Assembly (NCBI GenBank): GCA_040954595.2
Contig: CM082583.2
Coordinates: 11,359,656 to 11,423,655 of the forward strand
Reading direction: 5' to 3'
Source of the DNA: Balanoglossus misakiensis
Lineage: Eukaryota > Animalia > Hemichordata
Length of the DNA stretch: 64,000 nucleotides
In this document: positions 49,501 to 57,643 of the stretch, in pieces
Layout of the letters: each line of letters starts with the position of its first letter
Position numbering within the stretch: the first letter of the stretch is position 1
The notes under the pieces: model-generated
Database searches by the model: none
Told to the model about the DNA's origin: nothing
What the model saw: only the letters and a program-made list of their open reading frames with translations
Position numbers and translations under genes: made by a program

Positions 49501-51693
49501 ACAGCAGACGTATTGCCAGTATTGTTATTGTCAACGCATGCCCTTTAGTACACTGTGTGTGCACATGCACCAATTGTATATCTTCGCTTGAAGAAAAAGG
49601 CAGAAAAATTGTGACATGCCATGGCAGTACAGTCGACGCACCAAGCGTCTATAACTCTGATGTACATATTCTATGAATTACTCACAAAATTTACATGCAA
49701 TGTGTTTGTCATCACAGAGAAGAGAATGTGGATCTGCAGGCGCAAGTGGAAGTGCCTTTCTTCACGATGCACTGCAGAGGAATTCCAACGAGTCGCTGAA
49801 ATTCGAGAGGGAAGAGAGGTTGTCGGAGACGGGCAGTGACAGAGGCTCCACGGGGGAGTTGTCGTCAACGGTGACAGACTCCGGAGTTGTGGGCGTATCA
49901 GCAGGCTACGTACCACCCACAGTGGAGCAGGTCACTTCCGTAGCACAACTGACCCACTACCTGAATTCTTTATTGGTGAGTTCCATTTTGTACATGTACA
50001 CTGTGAGATTTAAAAATAACATGAGCTTGAATGTTTCGCAGTCCTTTCAACTATTTGCTGTAGCATTCCTGGTGATAATAACATCACTGTTGTCATTTTC
50101 TTTTCAGTCTGTTGTTGCACAGAGGGACACAGAATATGAAAGGTGAGATTTTTTCTCATTGTCTGTGAGAACTACATGACTTGTATATGTCAACCATGGT
50201 CTTGTGTTTTAGAGGAATAAAAAAATTCAACACAATGTGAACTGTGCTGTTAAACACAACTATATACTGCTGTTATTTTGAAATCAGAATGAAGACACAA
50301 GTGACCGAAGAGACCAACAACAAGGCGAAGGTGGAGGAACTGCAACGGGAACTTGAGAAGTTTCGAAAGAAAGAGGAAGAGCAAGAAGAACTGCTGAAGA
50401 AACTGAATGAGCAGCTGAAATTGACAGAAATTCAGCTATCACAGGTATGTTTTCTATTGCCAAAATTAAAGATATCATTCACCTATGCAAATTTAACCAC
50501 TGTTACTACAACTATTGATGTTGCAAGAAAAACAGGAATGTATTCTGGGTGCAGTGAATGGACGCTTGGCATTTGAGAGTCTGTACTTCGTGACTCTTGT
50601 CAGTGAGTGTCGAAAGCCTTCAAGACCTTCACCACTTTCTTCTGATGCTCTTTTCTCATAGGAAAAAGAGGAACTTGCGGAAGAAAAGGAAAAACATCTC
50701 AAGGAAGTGGAACAGCTTGAAGAAGAGTTGAAACGAGACAAGGAATATATTCAGCAGATGAGAACTATGCAGGATTACGAACAAATGCAGGCTATTCATC
50801 ATCGCCAGGGGTCGTCGTCCTCGCTTGGGTCGTACGGGGACGGTTCGGTCAGCTCAGATACGACGGTCGAGTGGGTGTCTACGACGCCTCAAACAGTGTA
50901 CGGCAGTGCGGAAACATTGACAGACTTGTCTTCCGGTAGGACTAGCGCTGATGTTTCAAGCCATGCTGGTCATGGCAGGGGCGGCGGTGACCACTCGCAC
51001 AATTTCGGCAACGTGCTGGTGCCGCACCTTCATCCGTATTCGAAAGGGAGGGCAGCATCAGAGCCGGTGCGCCCGGACGTCTTGGACTCCACACTGCCAC
51101 ACGAGGATGCACGAGGGAGGCGGGGCAGCGACGGCAAAAATCTGCCTATTCACCTGTACAGCACCACCAACGAGATGGGACGACAGGGTGTCAATCTCCA
51201 GCAGCAACTGCCGGCGAAGTTGATGAGCAAAGAGAAGGGGAAGAAGAGCAAGAAGGACAAGGACCGGGACAAGGAGAGGGGGGTGTCGCCTAGCAACCAC
51301 CACGCCCACACAGACAGGACGAGTAGAACCGCAAGCCCGAACCTGCCTCTGCCAGGATCCCAGATCCACCAACAATACCGGAACGTGGCGAAACCTTCGT
51401 CGCACGCGGCGCACATGCACGGTGTCAGGACTGCAGGTATCCAGCGGTCGCAGACTGAAAATGTCAGTCCGCAGGTTGCCATGGAGAAGTCGAATCAGCT
51501 GTATCATCAGCAGTCCTTGCCGACACAGGTGCTGGGCGACCCTCATGCGTTGTCAAGGACTATGCCTCAGTTGAACTTCTACCAACACCAACAACAACAG
51601 CAGCAGACCCCGCCGCAGAAACAGCAGCAACAGCAGCAGCAACCAAGCCAGGAGCCTCCTGCTTCACCAGAAGGAGAAGTTTTGTACTTCTAA
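4545..51693 (+). CDS. ARHGEF28: Lbc-family Rho guanine nucleotide exchange factor (AKAP13/ARHGEF28/ARHGEF18 co-orthologue), 40 core coding exons, ~2071 aa
   Basis: Phase-consistent GT-AG exon chain of 6216 nt (divisible by 3): 4545-4577, 12296-12446, 15618-15923, 17365-17548, 21206-21327, 22339-22428, 22808-23008, 23764-23846, 25238-25325, 25736-26147, 27445-27578, 34306-34415, 35500-35644, 36070-36121, 36908-36958, 37238-37413, 37570-37682, 38129-38252, 38958-39107, 39375-39451, 39763-39830, 45148-45204, 45358-45487, 45689-45740, 45861-45913, 46086-46259, 46368-46499, 46762-46879, 47107-47156, 47287-47409, 47574-47741, 47882-48065, 48309-48395, 48493-48681, 48807-48974, 49134-49312, 49718-49975, 50108-50142, 50288-50444, 50662-51693. 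Family hallmarks: [22 protein letters not shown]1 domain, [66 protein letters not shown]. The symbol marks the family; exact orthology among vertebrate paralogues is unresolved. Confidence 0.93.
5830..5848. repeat. (GA)n microsatellite
   Basis: Perfect GA dinucleotide run. Confidence 0.8.
7881..7922 (+). CDS. Candidate alternative first exon of RhoGEF ([14 protein letters not shown])
   Basis: ATG followed by a perfect CAG|gtaagt donor in phase 0, matching exon 12296. ETS-like ACAGGAAGT lies ~50 nt upstream. Confidence 0.5.
10561..10582. repeat. (TG)n microsatellite
   Basis: About 11 TG units. Confidence 0.8.
12296..12446 (+). CDS. ARHGEF28: RhoGEF exon, DBB-like N-terminal domain
   Basis: GGKTVVVAF...[30 protein letters not shown] resembles AKAP13 FYLVFLGSTLRHCTS..TLETIAPG. 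Bounded by cgtag| and |gtgaga. Confidence 0.9.
15618..15923 (+). CDS. ARHGEF28: RhoGEF exon, DBB-like domain
   Basis: [13 protein letters not shown]...[22 protein letters not shown] resembles AKAP13 LDKKLVLAFRHLKLPTEWNVLG. Confidence 0.9.
17365..17548 (+). CDS. ARHGEF28: RhoGEF exon, ankyrin-like repeat region
   Basis: [14 protein letters not shown]...[15 protein letters not shown] resembles AKAP13 PRETLMHFAVRLG..NQEGATPVSLALERG. Confidence 0.9.
21206..21327 (+). CDS. ARHGEF28: RhoGEF exon
   Basis: ttccag| SNEDSS...[13 protein letters not shown] |gtaagg; phase 2 to 1. Confidence 0.8.
22339..22428 (+). CDS. ARHGEF28: RhoGEF exon
   Basis: ttcag| [16 protein letters not shown]... |gtgaga; phase 1 to 1. 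Confidence 0.75.
22808..23008 (+). CDS. ARHGEF28: RhoGEF exon (disordered linker)
   Basis: cgtag| [10 protein letters not shown]...DPLDNNHIL |gtatgt; phase 1 to 1. Confidence 0.7.
23158..23263. repeat. Degraded small foldback/MITE remnant
   Basis: GACAGTTTACCCCCTGAACATTTAC is an imperfect inverted match to GTAAATTTCTAGGGGTAACTGTC. Confidence 0.4.
23764..23846 (+). CDS. ARHGEF28: RhoGEF exon (short helical segment)
   Basis: ttgcag| [28 protein letters not shown] |gtgaga. Confidence 0.8.
24789..24873 (+). CDS. Candidate internal alternative first exon of RhoGEF ([28 protein letters not shown])
   Basis: ATG at 24789 and donor CCT|gtaagt in phase 1, compatible with exon 25736. The upstream region is relatively CpG-rich and carries GGAAGT and Inr-like TCAGT motifs. 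Confidence 0.55.
25238..25325 (+). CDS. ARHGEF28: RhoGEF exon
   Basis: ttccag| [17 protein letters not shown]... |gtaagg. Confidence 0.8.
25736..26147 (+). CDS. ARHGEF28: RhoGEF exon with acidic linker and RRHSW motif
   Basis: GC-rich coding composition. [12 protein letters not shown] resembles AKAP13 PFRRHSWGP. Donor |gtgagt. Confidence 0.9.
27445..27578 (+). CDS. ARHGEF28: RhoGEF exon (acidic)
   Basis: tgcag| [23 protein letters not shown]... |gtaaga; phase 2 to 1. Confidence 0.85.
28653..28782 (+). CDS. Candidate alternative first exon (or cassette exon from 28540) of RhoGEF: [22 protein letters not shown]...
   Basis: Open frame with donor GATG|gttagt in phase 1, compatible with exon 34306. 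An optional acceptor ttttag at 28539 is also in frame. Confidence 0.55.
31595..31736 (+). CDS. Candidate alternative first exon of RhoGEF encoding a hydrophobic signal-anchor-like segment
   Basis: [47 protein letters not shown] followed by G|gtaata in phase 1, compatible with exon 34306. Confidence 0.5.
34306..34415 (+). CDS. ARHGEF28: RhoGEF exon
   Basis: Long T tract then attag| GSGPSEQTS...LSDND |gtaagt. Confidence 0.8.
35500..35644 (+). CDS. ARHGEF28: RhoGEF exon
   Basis: [13 protein letters not shown]...[12 protein letters not shown] |gtgagt. Confidence 0.85.
36070..36121 (+). CDS. ARHGEF28: RhoGEF small exon
   Basis: ttacag| [18 protein letters not shown] |gtaggt; supplies the required phase 1 to 2 change. 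Confidence 0.7.
36307..36435. repeat. Compound (TG)/(TA)/(GGAT) microsatellite
   Basis: Low-complexity TG-rich tract. Confidence 0.75.
36908..36958 (+). CDS. ARHGEF28: RhoGEF 51-nt frame-preserving exon
   Basis: ttacag| [16 protein letters not shown] |gtaagt; phase 2 to 2. Confidence 0.7.
37238..37682 (+). CDS. ARHGEF28: RhoGEF exons 37238-37413 and 37570-37682
   Basis: [12 protein letters not shown]...[11 protein letters not shown] and [13 protein letters not shown]...RNKDK, with canonical splice sites. Confidence 0.85.
38129..39107 (+). CDS. ARHGEF28: RhoGEF C1 (PKC-type zinc finger) domain, exons 38129-38252 and 38958-39107
   Basis: [48 protein letters not shown] fits H-x12-C-x2-C-x11-C-x2-C-x4-H-xn-C-xn-C. 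Confidence 0.92.
39375..39830 (+). CDS. ARHGEF28: RhoGEF exons 39375-39451 and 39763-39830
   Basis: [11 protein letters not shown] (compare AKAP13 ERPRSAV) and [18 protein letters not shown], both with gtaagt donors. Confidence 0.8.
44295..44357 (+). CDS. Candidate 63-nt cassette exon of RhoGEF ([20 protein letters not shown])
   Basis: Strong pyrimidine tract with ctag|, donor CAG|gtgatc, phase 2 to 2, stop-free. Confidence 0.55.
45148..47409 (+). CDS. ARHGEF28: RhoGEF DH domain exons (45148-45204, 45358-45487, 45689-45740, 45861-45913, 46086-46259, 46368-46499, 46762-46879, 47107-47156, 47287-47409)
   Basis: [79 protein letters not shown]: a classic Lbc-type Dbl-homology domain. Confidence 0.95.
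46906..47023. repeat. (CTGTA)n pentanucleotide microsatellite
   Basis: 20 perfect CTGTA units (46921-47020) preceded by three GTGTA variants; intronic. Confidence 0.95.
47574..48065 (+). CDS. ARHGEF28: RhoGEF PH domain exons (47574-47741, 47882-48065)
   Basis: [74 protein letters not shown]. Confidence 0.95.
48309..50444 (+). CDS. ARHGEF28: RhoGEF post-PH and coiled-coil exons (48309-48395, 48493-48681, 48807-48974, 49134-49312, 49718-49975, 50108-50142, 50288-50444)
   Basis: Contains the Lbc-family [14 protein letters not shown] motif, [17 protein letters not shown] and an E/K/L-rich coiled coil. Confidence 0.88.
50662..51693 (+). CDS. ARHGEF28: RhoGEF terminal coding exon
   Basis: catag| acceptor, [19 protein letters not shown], a polyQ tract, and the end [11 protein letters not shown] (compare ARHGEF18 EDVIFF, ARHGEF28 ENIVYL). 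Confidence 0.92.
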   Translation, partial: EKEELAEEKEKHLKEVEQLEEELKRDKEYIQQMRTMQDYEQMQAIHHRQGSSSSLGSYGDGSVSSDTTVEWVSTTPQTVYGSAETLTDLSSGRTSADVSSHAGHGRGGGDHSHNFGNVLVPHLHPYSKGRAASEPVRPDVLDSTLPHEDARGRRGSDGKNLPIHLYSTTNEMGRQGVNLQQQLPAKLMSKEKGKKSKKDKDRDKERGVSPSNHHAHTDRTSRTASPNLPLPGSQIHQQYRNVAKPSSHAAHMHGVRTAGIQRSQTENVSPQVAMEKSNQLYHQQSLPTQVLGDPHALSRTMPQLNFYQHQQQQQQTPPQKQQQQQQQPSQEPPASPEGEVLYF

Positions 51694-52917
51694 ATGAACT
51701 CAAAACCGAGCTCTTCAACCTTTCTGTGAAATTAATTCTTCAAGTGGCATGTAGTGCACACAGTGTGGCTAAATGATTTCATTCATTAAAGCGCGGATGA
51801 GGAACGGTATAAAATACCCCCAGTCACGAAATGCTACCCACAAGTGCCACTGCCACCATGTGGGGGGCAGCAGAGAGATTCACACCGCCATTATGCCGTC
51901 ATTCCAACAGTTTGCACGACTTCAGGATTGTTCAAGTAATGGCAGACACTGAGCCCACACATGACGAATGTACAGTGTATATCATTTCAATTTTACAAAT
52001 CTGTCATCTGTATTATTTTTCAAAAAAAGACACATTTCGTGTCAGTAAATGAAAACCCAACACAATCATAATCATTGATTGTATATAAAAACATATGCCT
52101 TTTTCCCTGTAAGAGGGATAATTTTATGGCATCAAATGTTTTGCTATTGGCAAAAAAAGTACTCTAGTTCTGTGAGCTAACACTTAGTGTTCATGTTGAC
52201 AGTGCATTTTACAGAGCAATATATTAGTCTGTGTAACTTTATTAGGTATGTGGTGCAAGAAATTATATATTCCAGTTATGTAGGTGTCGGCTCTGACAAC
52301 CATGGTAACCTGGTCACCCTTGGCCTTTGAACTCTGACCCTTGACTTGGTGGGGAGAGACAACAAACCAAATAGGTATTTGTCACAGAGAGCTGAACTCC
52401 TTACTGGTTTATTGAATTTGTTTTTAGTTTTAAACGATGCACAACTACTTGAACTGCCGATAATAGCGACAATGTTGGACAGGAATGTAAGAATAATGTT
52501 TTCGAGACTGCGCTGAAACCATGAAGCTTGAAAACTGGAGCTCAAGGATTTTGACTCCCAATGGTTGCAGATCTGATTGGCAAGTCATTGCCGGAGAACT
52601 GTTTTTAAACTGTTACATGATGATGTGTTGTGCCGATGAACATTTTGTCCAGAGCATGGTGGCTATGCATGATTTAATTTCATATGATCTTGAACTGAAA
52701 AATTAGCACTTTCTTCTAACGTTTACATAACAATATATGAGAAATTGTGTAAAAAAAAAATGACACAGAAAACACAAGACTGTTGTTATAATTTTGTTTT
52801 GTATTTTTTACTGTCCGGTGATTCTTCTGTAAATTTCTGTTTCATCAAAACAACTGTGAATATTCTATGATAATTATTTTTATGTTGTACAAATGTCCTC
52901 TGATGAGTATTCTGTGG

Positions 52918-52932
52918 GCGCCCTCTAGTGGC
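52918..52932 (-). promoter_or_regulatory. CTCF-binding consensus site
   Basis: GCGCCCTCTAGTGGC; the reverse complement GCCACTAGAGGGCGC matches the bilaterian CTCF core CCACYAGRKGGCGC. Confidence 0.6.
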
Positions 52933-53472
52933 GGGTATGATGGCAACACAGGGTGTGTGTGATCATCAACTTGTGTGCTTTTTTCTTTTCCATTTAGTCT
53001 GACCTTGCAAGTGCCGTTTCAGAGTTTGACTGGTTTTCGCAAATCTTTTAGTCTGTTCATCCCAAGAGGCAATGCCTGATGTGTTTTTATCACCCTCACT
53101 AATTTAAAATACATTTGATTTGGTAAAGTGAGGTAAACACACAAAAACAAACAAACAAAAACAGTTTTTGGAATGATATAGATCAATGGTGAACTTCGAG
53201 TGTATAAGATTTACAAGATCTGTGTGTCAGAAACAATATGTCCACTCTGGTGCATGGTGTACATTGTATTTTTTTTTGGGGGGGGGGGACAATTTTTTTT
53301 CTGCAGAAGTCTACAACTCTGATTGGCACTTTTAAAGGTTTACTTTTATGTTTGTACTAAAATTCCTTCACAAGCTGATAAACTTAAGACGCTGCTCATA
53401 TAATTCTTGAAATTTTTATTGTATACAAATGTTGTGTAAACAAGGAGGGGAAAAGTACAGTAAAAAGGTCAA

Positions 53473-53478
53473 ATTAAA
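53473..53478 (+). terminator. Candidate polyadenylation signal (ATTAAA) of RhoGEF
   Basis: Ends an AU-rich ~1.8-kb putative 3' UTR and is followed by a GT-rich element at ~53510. Confidence 0.35.
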
Positions 53479-53635
53479 ATGAAACTTTTTGAGCACAAAC
53501 TCGTGCATCAGTGTGTCTTTCCACACCCACATTATCTTTGTGCTTTCTGGGGATTGTGCTTTCTGGGGAACACCACACAAACAGGGTAATCAACAAGTCA
53601 GACACTCACTACCATATATACATGCCCGTAAAACT

Positions 53636-53641
53636 TTTATT
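53636..53641 (-). terminator. Candidate polyadenylation signal (AATAAA) of the Ly6-like gene
   Basis: TTTATT on the plus strand ~390 nt past the stop codon; GT-rich sequence follows on the minus strand. Confidence 0.45.
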
Positions 53642-54028
53642 TGAAAGTTGGTGGTGACAACCACAAATACAAAATTCAAGAAAAAATATTTGAGTATTAA
53701 TAAAATTACATCTGATGAGAATAGTTGTCACCCATCAGTGAAAATGACATTTTTATAATACTGCATGGCTTTGCATGAGTCTTGATTACCAGTATCACTC
53801 ATTCTTTAAAAAAAGAAATCAAGTACAAATTTAATTCAATTTTCTGTTTCTACAAACTACACTACCTAAAAAAACAATTTTATAATTCTTTGTTCTTTCA
53901 TGATATTTTTGTAACTATATGAGCTGATATTTTTTTCTAATAAAAGGTATATCTCAGGCTCAAGCACAAACAACCAATTAGACCCATTGAACTCTGACCC
54001 GGCCTCTTCCCATCATGCACTGTTAAAC

Positions 54029-54976
54029 CTACTGCACCACAATCAGGTAAGTCACAGCGAAATGAATCAACATGGCCAGCAGCCCTACATGTAAATGAGT
54101 GGCATCAGATGCATGTTCATCATAGTAACATAGTTGCCCATCAAAAGTATCGTCTCCACCAAAGAAGGACAGCACAGATAAGATGTTCGAAATTGTCTGG
54201 GCTATAAAAGTGGTACTGTCCTGGTCTCCCGACACTTGTTCACATATGTTCCCAGGGTTAGAGTCATCTACAACACAATCCCTTATATATGTGTTGATAG
54301 TCTGAGTGCCAACTGCAATAAAAATGGAATTATTGGAAGTTAGTAACATACTAGTTCACCCAGTAGCATGTCATAACCAGATAGAGAATTGACACAAAAT
54401 CATATTTTCCCTTTACAGTGGCATTGGCATCCAGTTTCATGGTCACAATTACTGAATTCGGGGAATGTATTAGAGAGAAGAAAATGAAATAAAGTGGAAG
54501 AGATGCATATTTACTTACCAACAGGTATTTCGAATGAAATTTCTCCAGAAAATTTCACACACTTGGCCACTTGAGTGCCTGATGCTGTACAGGTTGTTGT
54601 GTCAATATCAGGGTGATTTGGGTTGAAGTTGACAGCAGCGCAAGCTTCATTGTTGAAGGCGCCACCAATGAGGTCAGAATCGACATGCGTGCATGATGGA
54701 CAGGTAATCGTCTTCTCGGCTATTGGAGAGTGGAGGAGGATCAGGTAGAAAACAATGAACTTTGAGTCAATACATGGTGTCTACCCTCTGGGCCACGACT
54801 GTAAATCTGTATTTGAAAACTAATCATTAGTATTGTTCATATTTCTTTGGGTCACTCTCTTGGAGAAATCTGTCACTGACACATAATGTAAAGGGACATA
54901 AGGTACAAGTGTCTGACTTACCTGAACTAATGCAAGCTAGGGTCAGAATAGCAAGAACACTGGCAAATATCTCCAT
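54029..54976 (-). CDS. Ly6/uPAR (three-finger, quiver/sleepless-like) secreted, probably GPI-anchored protein; 179 aa, 3 exons
   Basis: Exons 54976-54922, 54719-54519 and 54312-54029 (540 nt, phase-1 introns, gtaagt donors). Signal peptide MEIFASVLAILTLACISSA; cysteine pattern ITCPSC..NEAC..TTC..KCVK..YIRDC..IC..QLC; hydrophobic tail ASDATHLHVGLLAMLIHFAVTYLIVVQ resembles a GPI signal. Confidence 0.85.
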
Positions 54977-57034
54977 TGTACTTTTAATCGTCAGTCTGGA
55001 AGAGGAGAGTGATATGCTGATCACTAATGTTTATTCATCAGAAAATTCATGTGACTGATTCAAGTGCTCTAAACTGCTTGTGAGGTTCTTGACCACTCAC
55101 TTCTGATCACAAGAAGACAACGAAATATGTGGAAAGGATAAAATGAAAAATAGGATAGACAGGAAGTTGTCATACAATCCCCATATGACATGGAACGGAT
55201 GGGGCCAGAAGGTGACAAGACTTATCTGTGAAGGTCACACACTCTTCAAAGGTCATGACATGCATTTGGTGATTTAGGTCACAGACTGGCCTTCTGCAGT
55301 TGACTTAAACCTCATTTGTCTGCAATTTTGAAAGATACACAAGAAACTGACAACCCCCAAAAATGCATGCCAAATCATGGTCGACATCACTTGGACGTGG
55401 CCAAAAAGGGTGTTTCTTCGACCTTGTTAAATCACTTTTCCTGGAATTTAACAATTGACAGAAACACATGTACCCACTATCGGTCGATGTCAACTGTGAC
55501 TGATTCAATGTATTTTTTATTATTTCACTTAAATTAATTTATTTTAGATGAAATTGAAATGTCATCTAATGAGTTGGTCTCTAGTCTTGAATTAAAGTGA
55601 TGTGACACACAGTCACGTTTCACCGCTACTGAATTACGCCCTATTAGAAGTCAATGGACGCGCTGTTGTTACATTGTATCACATAGTGGTTCTAATTAGC
55701 ATGATTAGTGTCACATTTAGGCTGCACGCGTGCGCCCTCTGTGTCGTGTGGGGGTGCGTCTCAGGGTGTGTCGACGGTGACGATGTGCTGTAATATCTTA
55801 ATGTAGCCATGGATTTAACTCTTCCTAACCTTACTGGTATGCTAAGGTCGAGTGCCAGTCTCATGAATTGTTAGGTAGCACAGCCTCCCCACCCCACCCC
55901 ACCCACCCGTGCACGGGCTAATGTATATCTATCTTATATTTAGTACCTCCATGCTTCGACTGACTCGTAAACGCGTACAAATCTACAACCAGACTCTACC
56001 CAAGTATCGACATACACAACGAGTTGCGAGGCACAATGACTGTTTAAAATATACAGTGTATATCTCTCAAGACAACAGTATTCGACAGGAATGCACTAAT
56101 CTATTATTCGACGAATAGATACGTACCTACCACAGATCGGTCTGTCCACAGTCCTTCTACTTGTGGTCTGCTGTGACTTGACTTACGAATACCGTTTTAC
56201 CCTTTTACACTGGTGTTAGCTTACCAGTTATACGCCGCTATACTTTCGTATACTACTTTTGTATCGAACAGCCACGCCCATGAGTTGACAGTCAAGAAGA
56301 CAATGCATACAAACCCCGTATGACGGACGTGCAAGTGCTGTTGCTTTAAACACTTTTAATATATGTCTGCTTTCGCCTACAAATATGGACACATTGTCAT
56401 AACATCCGGCATTGTATGAAAAATATGATTGCTTGATATTCTTTTCTTTTCGCAGCTGAGCTAGAATCAAATGCGGATGTAGGCTAAATAATAAAATAAA
56501 CACCCAAAGTCACCGAGTTTTCACTTCTCTAAAAACATAATCAGTTTTTATTTTTACGGTGGTGTTGAGAAGATTTTGAATAAACCGAGGATTTGGATTT
56601 TTGCTGTCAATCAATTATCAATTGAAAATCAAACAAAGGCAACTGACAAAGGCAGTACATGTATTACTTCAAATATTGAAAACGAGTTATCTTTCTATTT
56701 TCAAGTTGTATTCATCTTGAAATAATACTTTATTGATAATATTTAGTCATTATTTAGGCCTAAAATAGAAAACATGTGTTCTTATTTCAACTTGTTAGAG
56801 AATAAATAGATATTCTAAGTAAATTTGAAATATTCAAATACAGAATTATAAATGTCCATTTTTTTCAAAAAAGATCTGAAACTGTTAATATTGCATGAGG
56901 AGAAAATTGCTACTTCAATCTGAATATTGTTCATAAAATGCGATTCCCAAGAATATAATCTAACCTTTACAAATGCCTAGTCAGCCTAGATTTCATGTTT
57001 CCCCCCGCTTTTGCTCGTAGTGGGGAAAAAACCC

Positions 57035-57060
57035 ATGATGATGATGATGATGATGATGAT
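57035..57060. repeat. (ATG/GAT)n microsatellite
   Basis: About 8 perfect trinucleotide units. Confidence 0.8.
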
Positions 57061-57268
57061 TCTTGACTAACAAATACTGAACTCATCGCCTAAGCATACC
57101 GTTGAAATATACAAAAGACTTTTTATTTGTTGTAATATTTTTTATTTATTTTACAAACGATTTATTTTCATACAGAGGAATGTGGTTAAGACAACCACCA
57201 CCTAATACATGTACAATGTACGTGAAAATATGCGAAAAGTTTCACATCAGGTTGGATTGAACTTTGAC

Positions 57269-57339
57269 CCGGAAGTATTTGGCGTTGTTGTCATTGGATT
57301 TCGTAGCTTTGGCAACAACATTTGCATAAGAAAATGGCG
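57269..57339 (+). promoter_or_regulatory. CCDC87 promoter: ETS CCGGAAGT, RFX X-box-like GTAGCTTTGGCAAC, octamer ATTTGCAT, YY1 AAAATGGCG
   Basis: Motifs at 57269-57276, 57303-57316, 57320-57327 and 57331-57339, just upstream of a probable non-coding first-exon donor TAG|gtaagt at 57434. Confidence 0.6.
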
Positions 57340-57643
57340 AACCTTCGTGACCTGCGTTCTCCAAAATGTACATAATATTTTCCCCTGAAAATGTAGACGT
57401 TGGATAAATTTCTGTTAGTTATTGACAGCTTAGGTAAGTTTAGACTTTCCTTTAACGCGGTGTAACGACATTTTTTGGATTTTTACGACAATATGTCGAC
57501 TTGCCCTTACCCTACACATTGACATACACAGGAGTTGTAAGTTTCACATCATATGTTATGGTTACTCTGTCTGTGGATTCATTGCTTGCAAGTGACTACA
57601 GTCGTTTATATGTCTTCCTCCAGGAGAAGGCAGAGCCAACACC

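Noticed and set aside
51058-51546. Antisense ORFs of 162 and 110 aa
   Set aside because: Shadow of the GC-rich terminal RhoGEF exon.
55600-56520. CpG-richer intergenic block between the Ly6-like gene and CCDC87
   Set aside because: Possibly a repeat or enhancer, but no termini, tRNA/ncRNA structure or ORF could be supported.
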